A stretch of 63,566 nucleotides of DNA, the filler included, from Stramenopiles sp. TOSAG23-2 (Eukaryota): the NCBI GenBank assembly GCA_900128395.1. It is 51 parts of 51 records of this genome, joined end to end, with 100 filler letters (N's around TTAATTAATTAA, not from the genome) between each part and the next. Parts side by side here need not be neighbours in the genome. Positions count along the whole stretch, not along the records: positions 48,803 to 49,942 come from LT653614.1; positions 50,043 to 51,182 come from LT653615.1; positions 51,283 to 52,422 come from LT653616.1; positions 52,523 to 53,661 come from LT653617.1; positions 53,762 to 54,900 come from LT653618.1; positions 55,001 to 56,139 come from LT653619.1; positions 56,240 to 57,378 come from LT653620.1; positions 57,479 to 58,616 come from LT653621.1; 43 more parts are not named here. One strand, given 5' to 3'. Both the position numbers and the translations under genes were made by a program. The stretch's first letter is position 1. Every line of letters starts with the position of its first letter. Positions 49,776-62,329 of this stretch are shown one piece after another. The notes beneath the pieces were generated by a model, which was not told where the DNA came from, did no database searches, and worked only from the letters and a program-made list of their open reading frames with translations.

Positions 49776-49937
49776 TCCTGATATAATTTTTAGTGTGCCG
49801 GCCAGTCATCAATTTTCGGTACAATTTGTTTAGTATACTTAAACATCATATTACCAATCAAATACACAAATTAATCCAAAACTCACATTTATGAAAACCT
49901 GAAAACCGATTAATTTGTGTATTTAATAGGTAAATAT
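49776..49937 (+). repeat. Dispersed repeat family, copy 3, with an internal inverted repeat
   Basis: Similar to 29623-29726; 49848-49876 pairs imperfectly with 49908-49937. Confidence 0.85.
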
Positions 49938-51282
49938 CTCGTNNNNNNNNNNNNNNNNNNNNNNNNNNNNNNNNNNNNNNNNNNNNTTAATTAATTAANN
50001 NNNNNNNNNNNNNNNNNNNNNNNNNNNNNNNNNNNNNNNNNNGAGAAATATTTCAATGTAAATGGTGGCATTCAAGATGATAATCGTGTTGGTGGTCATG
50101 AGGAACGAAAAGGGTTATTATCGGATGAGTCGTTGTGAAAGAAGTACGAGTTCGTACACACGTCGTATTTTGATTGTTATATAATTATATATATATATTG
50201 TTTGTGTGTGTGATGATTTGTGGGGGAGAGATGGCATTTGATGTGATTGTGCATTTATCCATTTATCCTGCGCTGTTTTAAAAACATTTAATAACTTCTA
50301 TTTAATATTTTATTATTAAAATTCAGTTTTTTAGTAGTTAATTAATTTGTTTACATCTTTCTTACTCCATTACTCCATTTAGTCGATTTTTTTTATCAAA
50401 CTATCGATTTATACATCATTCATACCATAAAATGGTACGTAAACACTGGTATGGACGTTATCCTATGTTGGCATACATATAATATTGTTTCAACATTAAC
50501 TTTTGTATTACTACTGTGTGGTTTTACAAATTTACTACACATTATAGTCTTTCAAATTTCAAAGTTAACCTTTGAAATTATTCATTATATAACAAATTAT
50601 CTGTTTTGATATATTATATTTATTACAAAGTCGTACTTATGTGTATTCCGATGGATTGCAAAAGTTGAGGGGATAATCGGATTGCTTGCTTTGATCGTTT
50701 TGTTTTTATTTGCTACATTAATATGTAACATGTATAAAAAAATGTTTTCTGTTCACAATATTTTTAGTTAATTTTAGATAAAACTGTTTTCAAATGAACT
50801 CCACAATTAATAGTTGAAACACGATAAATTATTGCGTTCGTAGTCGTACATAAAATATAAGATATAAGATATAAGTCAATTAATGTACGGTGCAGAGATG
50901 TGTAGATGCGATTATCTTTATTTTTTATATTATTTATATTTTATACGTGTAATATTTTTAGAATGTATGTGGTGTATGTGTATTAATATTATTTTATGTT
51001 TATGTTATTTTTATAATTCTTCTTTACGTTTTCCACCTTTTGAACGTATAAGATCAATGATCTTTTGTTTAATTGGACTATTATTATAATATGCCCAGTC
51101 CAGGGGAGTGTATCCCCCCTGGTACTGCTTCTTATTAATGCTATTAAGAGGCATATTAGTTAATAACAACTCAATCACCTCCNNNNNNNNNNNNNNNNNN
51201 NNNNNNNNNNNNNNNNNNNNNNNNNNTTAATTAATTAANNNNNNNNNNNNNNNNNNNNNNNNNNNNNNNNNNNNNNNNNNNN

Positions 51283-52422
51283 ATCTTCGCGATATACCCA
51301 TCCATATGCAATTAAAAGTGAAGATATAATTGATACAGAATATGCAATTATCGCAGAATGTAAACTATTATGTCCATATTCAGTTGCATAAATGGCATAA
51401 TATTTACGATCAACATCTATCCATGCACTATAACCACCATAACCTTTTAACATAAGCACATGTCCTGGCATTTTACATTTACCTTTCGTAAAATCATTGT
51501 TTTTATTTATCTTTGTATCACATGTTAACCAATGACCTTGTGTATAATGCCACATACCTTCGTTTTGATTTGGATACGAACTTTGGCCATTAAAACGAAA
51601 AGCATCATGGAAAGATGCATTTGTTGTTTGATCTTTATATATAATATTTAATGATTCTTTTGATAAGCCATCATCATAATGAATATATTTTAAGATTTTT
51701 GACATTTCATTCGCTGTCATTTGCAAACCACCACTTACATCCATTCGTTTACCAACAAATTTTGGATCCATATTTGTAATACCACTAGGTATCCATACTT
51801 CATTCTTTAATATTTCAATCCATGCAGCATCGTTAACATTTGAAGGATTAAGAGCATACAATACCATAGACACCGCAAGAAACAAATGATCTGGGCCATA
51901 TACAAATCTTGTACCCGGAGCTTTTAAATCTTCTCGCTCAGTTGCAAGCTGTTGCAAACAATCATCCCAAGTTTTCCAAGTATTTGAAAGACACGCTCTC
52001 ATCGTTTTTCCAGAAAATAAATGTGCACCCTTAGAAACTCCTGTAGTAAATGCCATGATTTGTTTTAAATTTGGTCCATTATCTTTTTCCATCCATTGCT
52101 TATGTTTTGACCACCATGGTATTACATCTTGTGGTCTACTCTGTAGTAAATGCCATGATTTGTTTTAAATTTGGTCCATTATCTTTTTCCATCCATTGCT
52201 TATGTTTTGACCACCATGGTATTACATCTTGTGGTCTACTGTTTAAACTGAAATTTCCTAAATTGTATTTATTATTTACATTTTCCAGTACACGATATAT
52301 TGCATATGCTGTAATACTTTTTGTACATGAATGAATGGTTAAACGTGTATTCAGATCAATCCAAGGCGCAGATTGCAAATTTAAAAAAATTCCATCCTTA
52401 TTTCCCAAGACTAAGAGACCAT
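51283..52422 (-). CDS. Serine beta-lactamase-fold hydrolase with C-terminal TM helix; frame broken by a 100-bp duplication
   Basis: IHSCTKSITA (SxxK), LKQIMAFTTG, PGTRFVYG, GGLQMTANEMSKI, KGYGGYSAWID; duplication 52041-52240. Confidence 0.85.
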
Positions 52423-52838
52423 NNNNNNNNNNNNNNNNNNNNNNNNNNNNNNNNNNNNNNNNNNNNTTAATTAATTAANNNNNNNNNNNNNNNNNNNNNN
52501 NNNNNNNNNNNNNNNNNNNNNNCATTAATATATATATATGACATATATGTTTGATTTGAGATGTTAATGAACGGGAGTAAAAGAAATTTATAATAATATT
52601 GGTTAAAAATCTAAGTTATTTATATAATATATAATATATTTGAGTAAAGAGAACATTATATATATTTATATACATGTTACTATGTAATGATGATATTACA
52701 AAAAAAAATATATATAAATATAAAATTATTAGGTCATAACAATATAATACGTATCATAAAATACCACACACGCACAATATATATGCAATATTTTTTTTTT
52801 AAAATAATTTTTTTACATCTCTCTCTTCTTTGCTCCTC

Positions 52839-53661
52839 TCACCTTACTCTACTTTTTAATAATCTTTTTTTTTCATCTTCCAATGATGATATTCTATTTT
52901 CAGCTTTTTGTAATAATTTTTCCAATTGACTACATGTACGTTTTGATTCTCTCATTTCAAGTCTTAAAGTTTTTAATTCTTTTTGATCATCCTTTGTCAT
53001 ACTCATATTATCTTCCATTGAGGATATTCTATCATTCTGTAGTGTTTCCAATGCATTTTTCTCTGCATTTGCACGAGTCCATCTCATTTTATAATCTTCA
53101 ACTTGTGCTTGAAGTGGCAATAATTGTGACGTGACTTTATTTAATTCTTTTTCTAAATGTTCATTTCCAAATTCTATATTTTTTATTTTTGTATGACAAC
53201 GTACAACTTCCTTATCAAGAACCTTTTTTTTTTATTTAAAAATAATAAATATTAATAATAATCAGAAAACATCATAATGTTAGAGTTTTTCTTTACTATA
53301 AAATATATTTTATATGTGCACCAGTATATCATTATATTCACTTTATATATATATATATATAAATATCACATCATGTGTGTTTTATTATATAAATATTTAG
53401 ATATATAAGAGACACACAATGAAATGTAGTAAAAGTAGTAAAAATCCAATGTAAATCCCAAATTTATTAATAATATAAATATGATCGTTATTTTTTTCAT
53501 TTATTTGTCAATATATGATGATATGAATAATATATATATATAAGTATGATTTACTTACCTCTATTTTGTCATTTGCATCATCTAATTCCTGTAAGTTCGA
53601 ATTTAATGCTTCACTTCCAGCATGTTTTGCTGCTAAAACTTTTTTAATTAGCTTATCTTTA
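52839..53661 (-). CDS. Coiled-coil protein, C-terminal part; intron 53223-53558
   Basis: GTAAGT donor and AAAG acceptor give an in-frame phase-0 join to ORF 52839-53120. Confidence 0.65.
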
Positions 53662-53761
53662 NNNNNNNNNNNNNNNNNNNNNNNNNNNNNNNNNNNNNNN
53701 NNNNNTTAATTAATTAANNNNNNNNNNNNNNNNNNNNNNNNNNNNNNNNNNNNNNNNNNNN

Positions 53762-54900
53762 AGTTAACCAAACAGTGTTAAACTGTTGCCTAGCTGCTGC
53801 CTTTAACGCTGTAATTGGAGGATTTTCCATCGGTGGCTTTTCAGGAACAATATATGTTTTATCAAATGAATTTAAATTCACAATATTCCAAACTTCGGCA
53901 CTAGTTTCTGTTTTGAACTTGGCGGCTGTTATCGGTTCCTTTTTTTGTGGCGCAGTGTGCGACAGGTACGGTAGGATCAGAGGATTTGGTGTAGCAATTT
54001 CCCTCTTTTTTCTTGGCTCTATCATCATGGTGTCTTCTTCGAGTTTCTATCATCTCCTTCTAGGAAGAATAGTGTCCGGGCTCGGGCTTGGCGTCTGTTT
54101 CACCGTTGTCCCACTGTACGTATGTGAAATGAGCCCTAAAAATCATAGGGGGATATTCGGGAGCATGAAAGAGATTGCCATCAACGTAGGAATAATTTTG
54201 GGCTATTTGTCATCGTGGATATTTAGCGGGATGCAGTCCTCTGGGTCGTGGCGGTACATGATGAGCTTGGGCCTTATCTTGCCTCCCGTCATGGCCGTAC
54301 TTTGCATCTATATCATGGAAGAGTCACCCAGATATCTTGTCATGAAAGGAGATTTTCTGCGGGCGCGTGCAATTTTGCTGAAGGTTACAGGCGATGAGAA
54401 GGCTGCGGACACTGCATTTCGAGATATCCAGACAGCGCTGGAGAATGAAGGGGCTTATGAAAACTTTCCCCTGAAGTCAATTTTGACTGGGCGGACAACG
54501 CCAACATTGCGACGCATTTTTTTCATTGTTATTGTCGTAGCAATGTGCCAACACTTGAGTGCGGTTGACGGCATTTTAAGTTACTTACCTTTTGCTCTGA
54601 AAGCAGCTGGAATGAGTAAACAAGAATCGTATGGTCACCAGCTTGTTCTTGGGATTATCAAAGTGACTACTCTGTTTCCATCAATGTTTCTTTCAGACAG
54701 AGTAGGAAGAAGGCCGCTTTTATTCTCTTCAGTAGTTGGCTTAGTAATGGCGTACGGACTAATATCGTATGGGGCTTTTTCCAAGGTTGTTAACCTCCAG
54801 ATTATTGGCCTGTACATGTTTTCATGTGCCTTTTCAATTGGTATTGGTCCTGTAACTTGGCTAATTTTGCCAGAACTTTTGCCACTTCGAGTGAGAGCAA
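53762..54900 (+). CDS. MFS sugar/polyol transporter, partial
   Basis: CDRYGRI, GRIVSGLGLG, PLYVCEMSPKNHRG, EESPRYL, SDRVGRRPLL, GPVTWLILPELLP. Confidence 0.95.
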
Positions 54901-55051
54901 NNNNNNNNNNNNNNNNNNNNNNNNNNNNNNNNNNNNNNNNNNNNTTAATTAATTAANNNNNNNNNNNNNNNNNNNNNNNNNNNNNNNNNNNNNNNNNNNN
55001 TATATAGGAGCGTTCTGTCCTTTCGTAAGCCTGTGTACGGCCTAATTAATG

Positions 55052-55546
55052 CTATCTACCTGGATACTCCCAACTTGATTCACCAGTACGATGATTGTAA
55101 TAGTATTCGTTTCCATCTTTATCTTGAAATGCTTCCCAGTCATTAGTGTCTTCATCATAATCGTTAATATTAGATGTTGCTGTAATTGCAATCAAATTGC
55201 TTTCATCATAATGATTGTTATCATAACCATATCCAGCAGTATCATTATCATAAAGCTTATTATTTGTTACTTCATCATAATAATCGTAATTATTGTGACT
55301 CTCACTATTATCATTTTGCAAAATAGTTTCTAACTCTTGCCTATCAAAGGCGCCGTCTTTATTTGTTTCATATTCTTGTAATGCGCTTTCGATTGCTAAT
55401 TGCTCTTCGGCTTGTGCTTCTCCAGTTATTATACGTGTCAGTCGCTCTCGATCATTATCCATTTGATAATACATCGTCCAAACTTTTTCCTTATAATCAT
55501 CTATTGTTGGAATTTCCAATGCAACTCTAGTTGGGTCCTCGTCCAA
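55052..55546 (-). CDS. EF-hand-like + WW domain protein, C-terminal part
   Basis: YETNKDGAFDRQEL; DWEAFQDKDGNEYYYNHRTGESSWEYP. Confidence 0.8.
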   Translation of the reverse strand: MDEDPTRVALEIPTIDDYKEKVWTMYYQMDNDRERLTRIITGEAQAEEQLAIESALQEYETNKDGAFDRQELETILQNDNSESHNNYDYYDEVTNNKLYDNDTAGYGYDNNHYDESNLIAITATSNINDYDEDTNDWEAFQDKDGNEYYYNHRTGESSWEYPGR

Positions 55547-56239
55547 TACATGTCGTGGCCTATGTGTGGATCAATCATTAGCGTTAATGCTACCCTACAT
55601 ACAGTACATAGTACAGTAATACTGTACATGTACTGTATGTTTGTGCCTATTAATTTCATTAAAATACTTAATATACTCGGCTATTTCCTGGAACCATGCC
55701 CAGCATGCGCACATGCGGAATAAATATAACGACTATTTCATAGAATATACAAATGTACATGTTATTACTACCACCAGGTGGTAGCTCGCTGTAAATACGC
55801 TAGAGCTACTGTACGCTCCGATTCTTGAGGTGCGTAGTGGATTTGCTCGTTAAGGTTTCCTGAGTAAGCTCGCTGTATACTACATACAGTACAGTACGAA
55901 TCCTCGTAGTTAGCTACATACATACAGCCAGACAATATAGTACATGTATAGATGTACTGTAGTAGGTAGCTACCACGCTACCACTACTGGTGACTGGTGG
56001 TAATAGAGCTCTACATAATATTTATTCGAAAAATATAATAACAGAATATATATACTGTACTACTACAGTTTCATATGTCATATATAATATATACATTAAG
56101 ATGCATACAGCCAGAGGAGAAGAATCCAACCAAAACAACNNNNNNNNNNNNNNNNNNNNNNNNNNNNNNNNNNNNNNNNNNNNTTAATTAATTAANNNNN
56201 NNNNNNNNNNNNNNNNNNNNNNNNNNNNNNNNNNNNNNN

Positions 56240-56727
56240 AATATTTAGTCCCTATTGCAAGTGAAAATTTTAGATCATTATGTACAGGATGGAAAGGGAA
56301 AGGGATGAAAGGCAAGCCTTTGCATTATAAAAATACTGTATTTCATGGCATTATACCAGATAGATTAATTAGTGGTGGTGATGTAGTAGCTGGTGATGGA
56401 ACGGATGGTGAATCGATATATGGACCAACTTTTAATGATGAAAATTTTATACTTCGTCATGTTGGTCCAGGTTGTTTGTCTACTTGTAATCGTGGTCCTG
56501 ATACTAACGATAGTCGTTTTTTTTTAACATTGGGTAAGGCACAATATTTAGATGAAAAAAGCATCGTTTTTGGATATGTATTGTCTGGTTGGGAGGTCGT
56601 GAAAGAAATTGAAAAATTTGGGACACCACATACGGGCGAACCAAAGAAACTTGTAAAAGTAGAAGATTGTGGCGAGTGTACCCCATGGACAGCTATCAAA
56701 GCGGGTGCAGTTGGCGTTAGAATATAA
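56240..56727 (+). CDS. Cyclophilin-type PPIase domain with degenerate active site, partial
   Basis: SENFRSLCTG, LHYKNTVFHGII, GGD, GESIYGPTFNDENF, VFGYV, VEDCGE. Confidence 0.92.
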
Positions 56728-56993
56728 AAAAATTAAAACACGTATACGATAAAATGTAAAAATTTAATTTACGCATAATTTATTTATTAATTTCAATTAT
56801 ACATGTTATATGATACGAAAGAAACTTGTAAAAGTAGAAGATTGTGGCGAGTGTACCCCATGGACAGCTATCAAAGCGGGTGCAGTTGGCGTTAGAATAT
56901 AAAAAAATTAAAACACGTATACGATAAAATGTAAAAATTTAATTTACGCATAATTTATTTATTAATTTCAATTATACATGTTATATGATACGA
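56643..56993. repeat. Exact tandem duplication, period 175 bp
   Basis: AAAGAAACTTGTAAAAG... at 56643 and 56818. Confidence 0.9.
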
Positions 56994-59954
56994 AGATTCG
57001 TAAAAATATTTTTACACGTACGTATACAACTAACATTATTATTTATGTGCGCTTCTGTACATACACAATGGTAATCTATATTGTTATATTACGGTGTTTC
57101 AAATATTATTATAACACATAACAAGCATACAAAAAGTTTCCGACCAATAATTTATATGTGCAGACCACTCTATTCACTGCCATATTTTTTATATCAAAAA
57201 AATTAAATATTTCGTACCGCTCATATCTATAAGATACATATTAATATGATAATATCGAGATGATATACGAGTCGTATATAATCAACACCTCACATTCCTA
57301 ATAAATACGTCTGTAAAAACCCAATTCCAACTCCAAGTACACCACCAAGTACAATTAATTTCCATTCATCTTCTTCAANNNNNNNNNNNNNNNNNNNNNN
57401 NNNNNNNNNNNNNNNNNNNNNNTTAATTAATTAANNNNNNNNNNNNNNNNNNNNNNNNNNNNNNNNNNNNNNNNNNNNATGTAAACAATCATGGGGTGTT
57501 GATGATGTAGAAATTTATGTCAAGTAAATTTTTGTGTGTGTTTTCTAATAAACATAATAAAAAACGCATTTGGATGTATAATTTATATTTCACATTTAAA
57601 ATTGTGCGGCGGGGAAAAATTTAAAAAAGTAGAAGTGTGTGTGTTATACATGTAGAGACGTATTTTGTATGTATATTCAGATAAAATAAAAATATAGTGT
57701 TCAAAAAAGTTATCTTTGTAAAAGTACACATGGAACCACACACTCTCTGCCTCTTTCTATTGTTTCACTCTCGTATTCGATATTTAAATATATATTTCCT
57801 TCATTTATTATTCTGTTTCCAACTTAAAGTCCCTAAACATTCATACGAATAGGTTCTTACTAAAAAACAGACAAATAACTTAAAAATAGAAAACATTTAC
57901 AGATAATAATAATACAATACAATATAAATATTAAGGTACAGATAACATATAATATGTACATAATAATACATATAATAATACGTAGAAATAATATTAACTA
58001 GGAACATGTAATTACTCTAAGAATACATAGAGCCAGCCTATAAGGAAATTTTGTAATTTATCAACTCATCCCAATTTTTCTCTCTGATTTTTTTTGAGGT
58101 GAGCAATAATTAGAATAATAACAGGCACATAGTGGGGTGAATAAAAAAAGAAGTGCAATAAATAGATGGCCGAGTTTGGTGAATTATTTTATATATGTTT
58201 GTTTGTTTGATATATATATATACACATATATCATGTTAAAGTAGACATTCAGTTATATATTAATCATTTGTGTGTGTATCTCTCTCTCTCTCTCTCTCTC
58301 TGAGTGCGTGCGCGTTTTGTTGTAGTATACAGCGATAGATTAAAAAAAGTAAAAAAAAAAACTCACAGTTGGAAGAAAATTAGTTTGTTGTTGTTGTGCA
58401 AAACGATAATTAAATATAGACGAAAGTCATAGAGAAAAGTAAACGAAAAAAATATGTCAAGTGCATCAGACCATGCAAGTATCAATCGAAAACGTCGTGT
58501 TGGTGGTGGTAAAGACAATTCATCAAATAGACGCTCGCGTACCAGAAAGGAGCGAGATTATTATGAATATAACAGTAGGCGTGGTGATATTGCAGGGAAA
58601 ATGAATGTTGCTGGACNNNNNNNNNNNNNNNNNNNNNNNNNNNNNNNNNNNNNNNNNNNNTTAATTAATTAANNNNNNNNNNNNNNNNNNNNNNNNNNNN
58701 NNNNNNNNNNNNNNNNCTAATAATAGGCGTATCTCTTATTAATATAATATACTAATAAGTATTAAATAATATGATCAATGGTATGTCCATTCTATTTTAA
58801 TCACGGCCTCTAATCTTGAAATTCGAATATCGAATAATTGTTATTTTTGTTAATTTTGCTACTGTGCATGCGATTATACGAAGAATACTGTTAGTACTAT
58901 TTAGTGTATAAAAGGAGAACCAAGTCAATCAAAATCAGGGTGTTGGAATACATTCTATTTTGATGCTAAAGTTTATAGTAGGGTTTTCAAAAATCATAGA
59001 TATAGGAAATCTTGAATACCTAGTACATTGTACAATACAGTATACAGGAACGTGAAAGTGATACGTGTCTACCTTCGAGAGCTTGAAAAAAAAAAAAATA
59101 TTCCGAAGATATACCAATTATTTACATATTGATGAAGTTGAGGCCACCAAACAACATATACTATATACACAATATGAACTATTTTTCAATTATCGTTAGA
59201 AAGCGTTTTATCTTTATTTATATTCTTTAGTAGCTATTTATATTTAATTAGATTTTTATTAAATTTATAGTAAAATTTCGTGAATATTTAGCGCCTAAAT
59301 ATACGGAAATTTATATCTAAAACTGCATTATTGGTATTTTAAGTACTATATTGATGTTAAATTTGAAACACAAATTTAGAAATTACGGTTTTGCCCACGC
59401 TAGGTTTGATTTTAAAATGTTGGTGCGGGATCGAAATTTCATAATAGTATTGATATACAATTAATTCAATTTTCTAGTTGGTGATTTATTTTTCCAGTAA
59501 ATTTAGTTGATTAGGTGGATAATCTAGGTAGGTAGGTGGGTGGCTAATGTTATTTCTATATTATATGTTAAAAAATCCCACCTCAAAATCTCGTTATTTT
59601 TTTTTTGAGGTAAAAATCAATGCTATTCCCCTGTAAAAGCAAAAATCCGCTGGTCAAACTTTTAACTATGTTTTGTTATTTTTAAAAAATTAACACTACA
59701 CACAATGTAAAAACACATATCCACCTAGATATAGATCTATATATATATGTATAGTTGTATCTATGGAAGTGTATACAAACAATATATATAAATACATAGA
59801 CAAAAAACAAAAATAAAAACAAAAACAAAAACAAATTAAACATGGCTGATCAATNNNNNNNNNNNNNNNNNNNNNNNNNNNNNNNNNNNNNNNNNNNNTT
59901 AATTAATTAANNNNNNNNNNNNNNNNNNNNNNNNNNNNNNNNNNNNNNNNNNNN

Positions 59955-61092
59955 ATCATCATCATCATCAAAATCATCACTTCCAAAGGAATAACCTTGA
60001 CGAACTCTATCCAATACATTAATTTTCTTTTTTGTAGTTGATTTGCTATTGTTGTTGTTACTAGGACTCTTATTTAAAGGGCTTAGTTTTCTAGGACTAA
60101 CCTTTGATATAGTTTCTACAGCTTTTGAACTTTGCTGATTGAAACTGTTATCAATATCAGTTAAACTGCCTAATCCAGTCCTAGCCATTAAAGATGTTCT
60201 TGATGGTGATGCCTTTGGCGGTGGAACTAATACTTTTAATAATAGCATATTCCATTCGTTGCAAATCATTTGGTGTTAAATACACTGCAAATGTTCTGGA
60301 AAGGTACATTGGTGATAAATTGCATTTTTCCATTAAATATTTCAAATGAGCAACAAATGATTGCCATAATTCAATGCGCGTATCTTGAAAGGAAGCCATA
60401 TGCTCCTCCACCATGGCTTCACTTAACCCATCATTACCATTCGCATTCATATATTTTTGCAAATAGTTTGCATTTATTATGCCTTTCTCTGTAACACAAC
60501 GTAGTACTTCACAAATTGCAGTACACCATTTTACCATGCCCATCTTGCCCATCTCCCTTCTGGCACGGCTACCCATGTTTTCTTCACTTGCTGAGTATGC
60601 CATGGATATCCATTCTTGGCGTTGATCTGAAGTGGCTTGTAGGAAAACTTGACCCCATGCACGATCAGCATTGCCATAACCTAATTTTAATGTACTTGCA
60701 TTTTGATCTCGTTGTATATGTTGCACCAATAAATCCATTACATTTACCCAGTCATTCCAATTATATGATGTGACAGGTTTGATCTGTGGTGCATTGTTTG
60801 TGCTTATATTGCTTGCATTTAAAGAGGAATCGTTTCCATCGCTGGTATTACTATTATTAATATTAGTATTTCTTGATTGTGACAACGAGGATGATGTGCT
60901 ACTATTTACTTTATGATCTTGTTCAACGCGTAATGCTTCTTGTCTAAATTTACGTAATGTCATTTCTGCTTCCATTTTATCTTGCATACGTTGTTGTATC
61001 GCAAGGTTTTCATCTTGGACGGATGTAGATTGCATTATTGGGGCTTTAGTAACCGCTGTATTTGACTTCATCCCAACTGATTCTATTGGGTC
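59955..61092 (-). CDS. Protein with a weak RhoGAP-like region, partial, frame break near 60265
   Basis: LWQSFVAHLKYLMEKCNLSPMYLSRTFAVYL resembles RhoGAP C-terminal helices; continues in another frame. Confidence 0.4.
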
Positions 61093-61192
61093 NNNNNNNN
61101 NNNNNNNNNNNNNNNNNNNNNNNNNNNNNNNNNNNNTTAATTAATTAANNNNNNNNNNNNNNNNNNNNNNNNNNNNNNNNNNNNNNNNNNNN

Positions 61193-62329
61193 GACATACA
61201 CCATCTACGATCAAATAAAACTTTTGTCGCGTATGCAAATGAAAGAAACAGAAAAAGTAAGTGCATTATCTGAATTATTTGCACAAATTGATATAAATGG
61301 TGACGGTACTATGGAATGGGAAGAGTTTACGTCCTATATTGTTGAAAGTGGTTTAAATGCATCTACGGAAGGCCCAACTGCCATACAACGATACCAACCA
61401 GCAAAATTATGGGAAGATACGTCAAAGCATAAACAAGAGATTGAAAAAATGTATTTTTTTCCAAAAACTAGGACAATAGGTGCTATTGAAGGAAATTCAC
61501 CTGTTTTAAAATTGTACAATACGAGTTGCCACCCTTTAAATGAATTAAAAGCACCAAGTGGAAATGTTTTATGTGCTGAACATATACCCGAACTAAGGCA
61601 ATACGTTATGACTAGTAGTGACTTATCATTAAGTTTTTTTGACGATAGTAGTATGCGTTTGCATAAATCATTTCATTCCCCTGTATCGCAAATGTGCATG
61701 ACATGGAATGCACAATCAAGAACATTATATAGTGCAGGTGTTAGTGGTGCTATTTATGCATGGGATCCAGAAAAAATGGAAGAAAAATATCATTTAGGTG
61801 GACCAGGTCGTGATAATCGTATTGTAAAAGATTCACATCGTGATATGGTATTATGTTTAAAATCATTCCCTACGTTAGAAACATTAGCTAGTGCATCAAT
61901 GGATAGGACTATACGTTTATGGGATACACAAACAGGAAGGTAAGTTTTACACTAAGATAATATATTTTACTTATATATAATATATAAAAGATGAAAATTC
62001 TAACATACACGCATACGCAATATTTTATATTTTACTACGTAATATATTCATATTGTATATATATATATATAATAGACATCGACGAAAATTGGAAGGCCAT
62101 GAAAAAGGTGTTCGTTCATTAGCATATAATAGTGATCATCGATTTATGGTAAGTGGAGGATTTGATTATGATGCATTGGTATGGAATCCATATGTGGAAC
62201 GATTGATATTGCGCCTTCATGGACATAATGCACCATTAGTAGGTGTTGAAATGGTTCCAAATACACCACAAATAGTTACAGGGGATGCAAGTGGTGTTGT
62301 AAAAATATGGGATATACGTACATTTACTT
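61193..62329 (+). CDS. EF-hand + WD40 repeat protein (WDR49/EFCAB8-like), partial; intron 61940-62075
   Basis: LFAQIDINGDGTMEWEEF; LASASMDRTIRLWD; GTAAGT..TAG intron joins in frame to RHRRKLEGHEKGVRSL. Confidence 0.9.
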
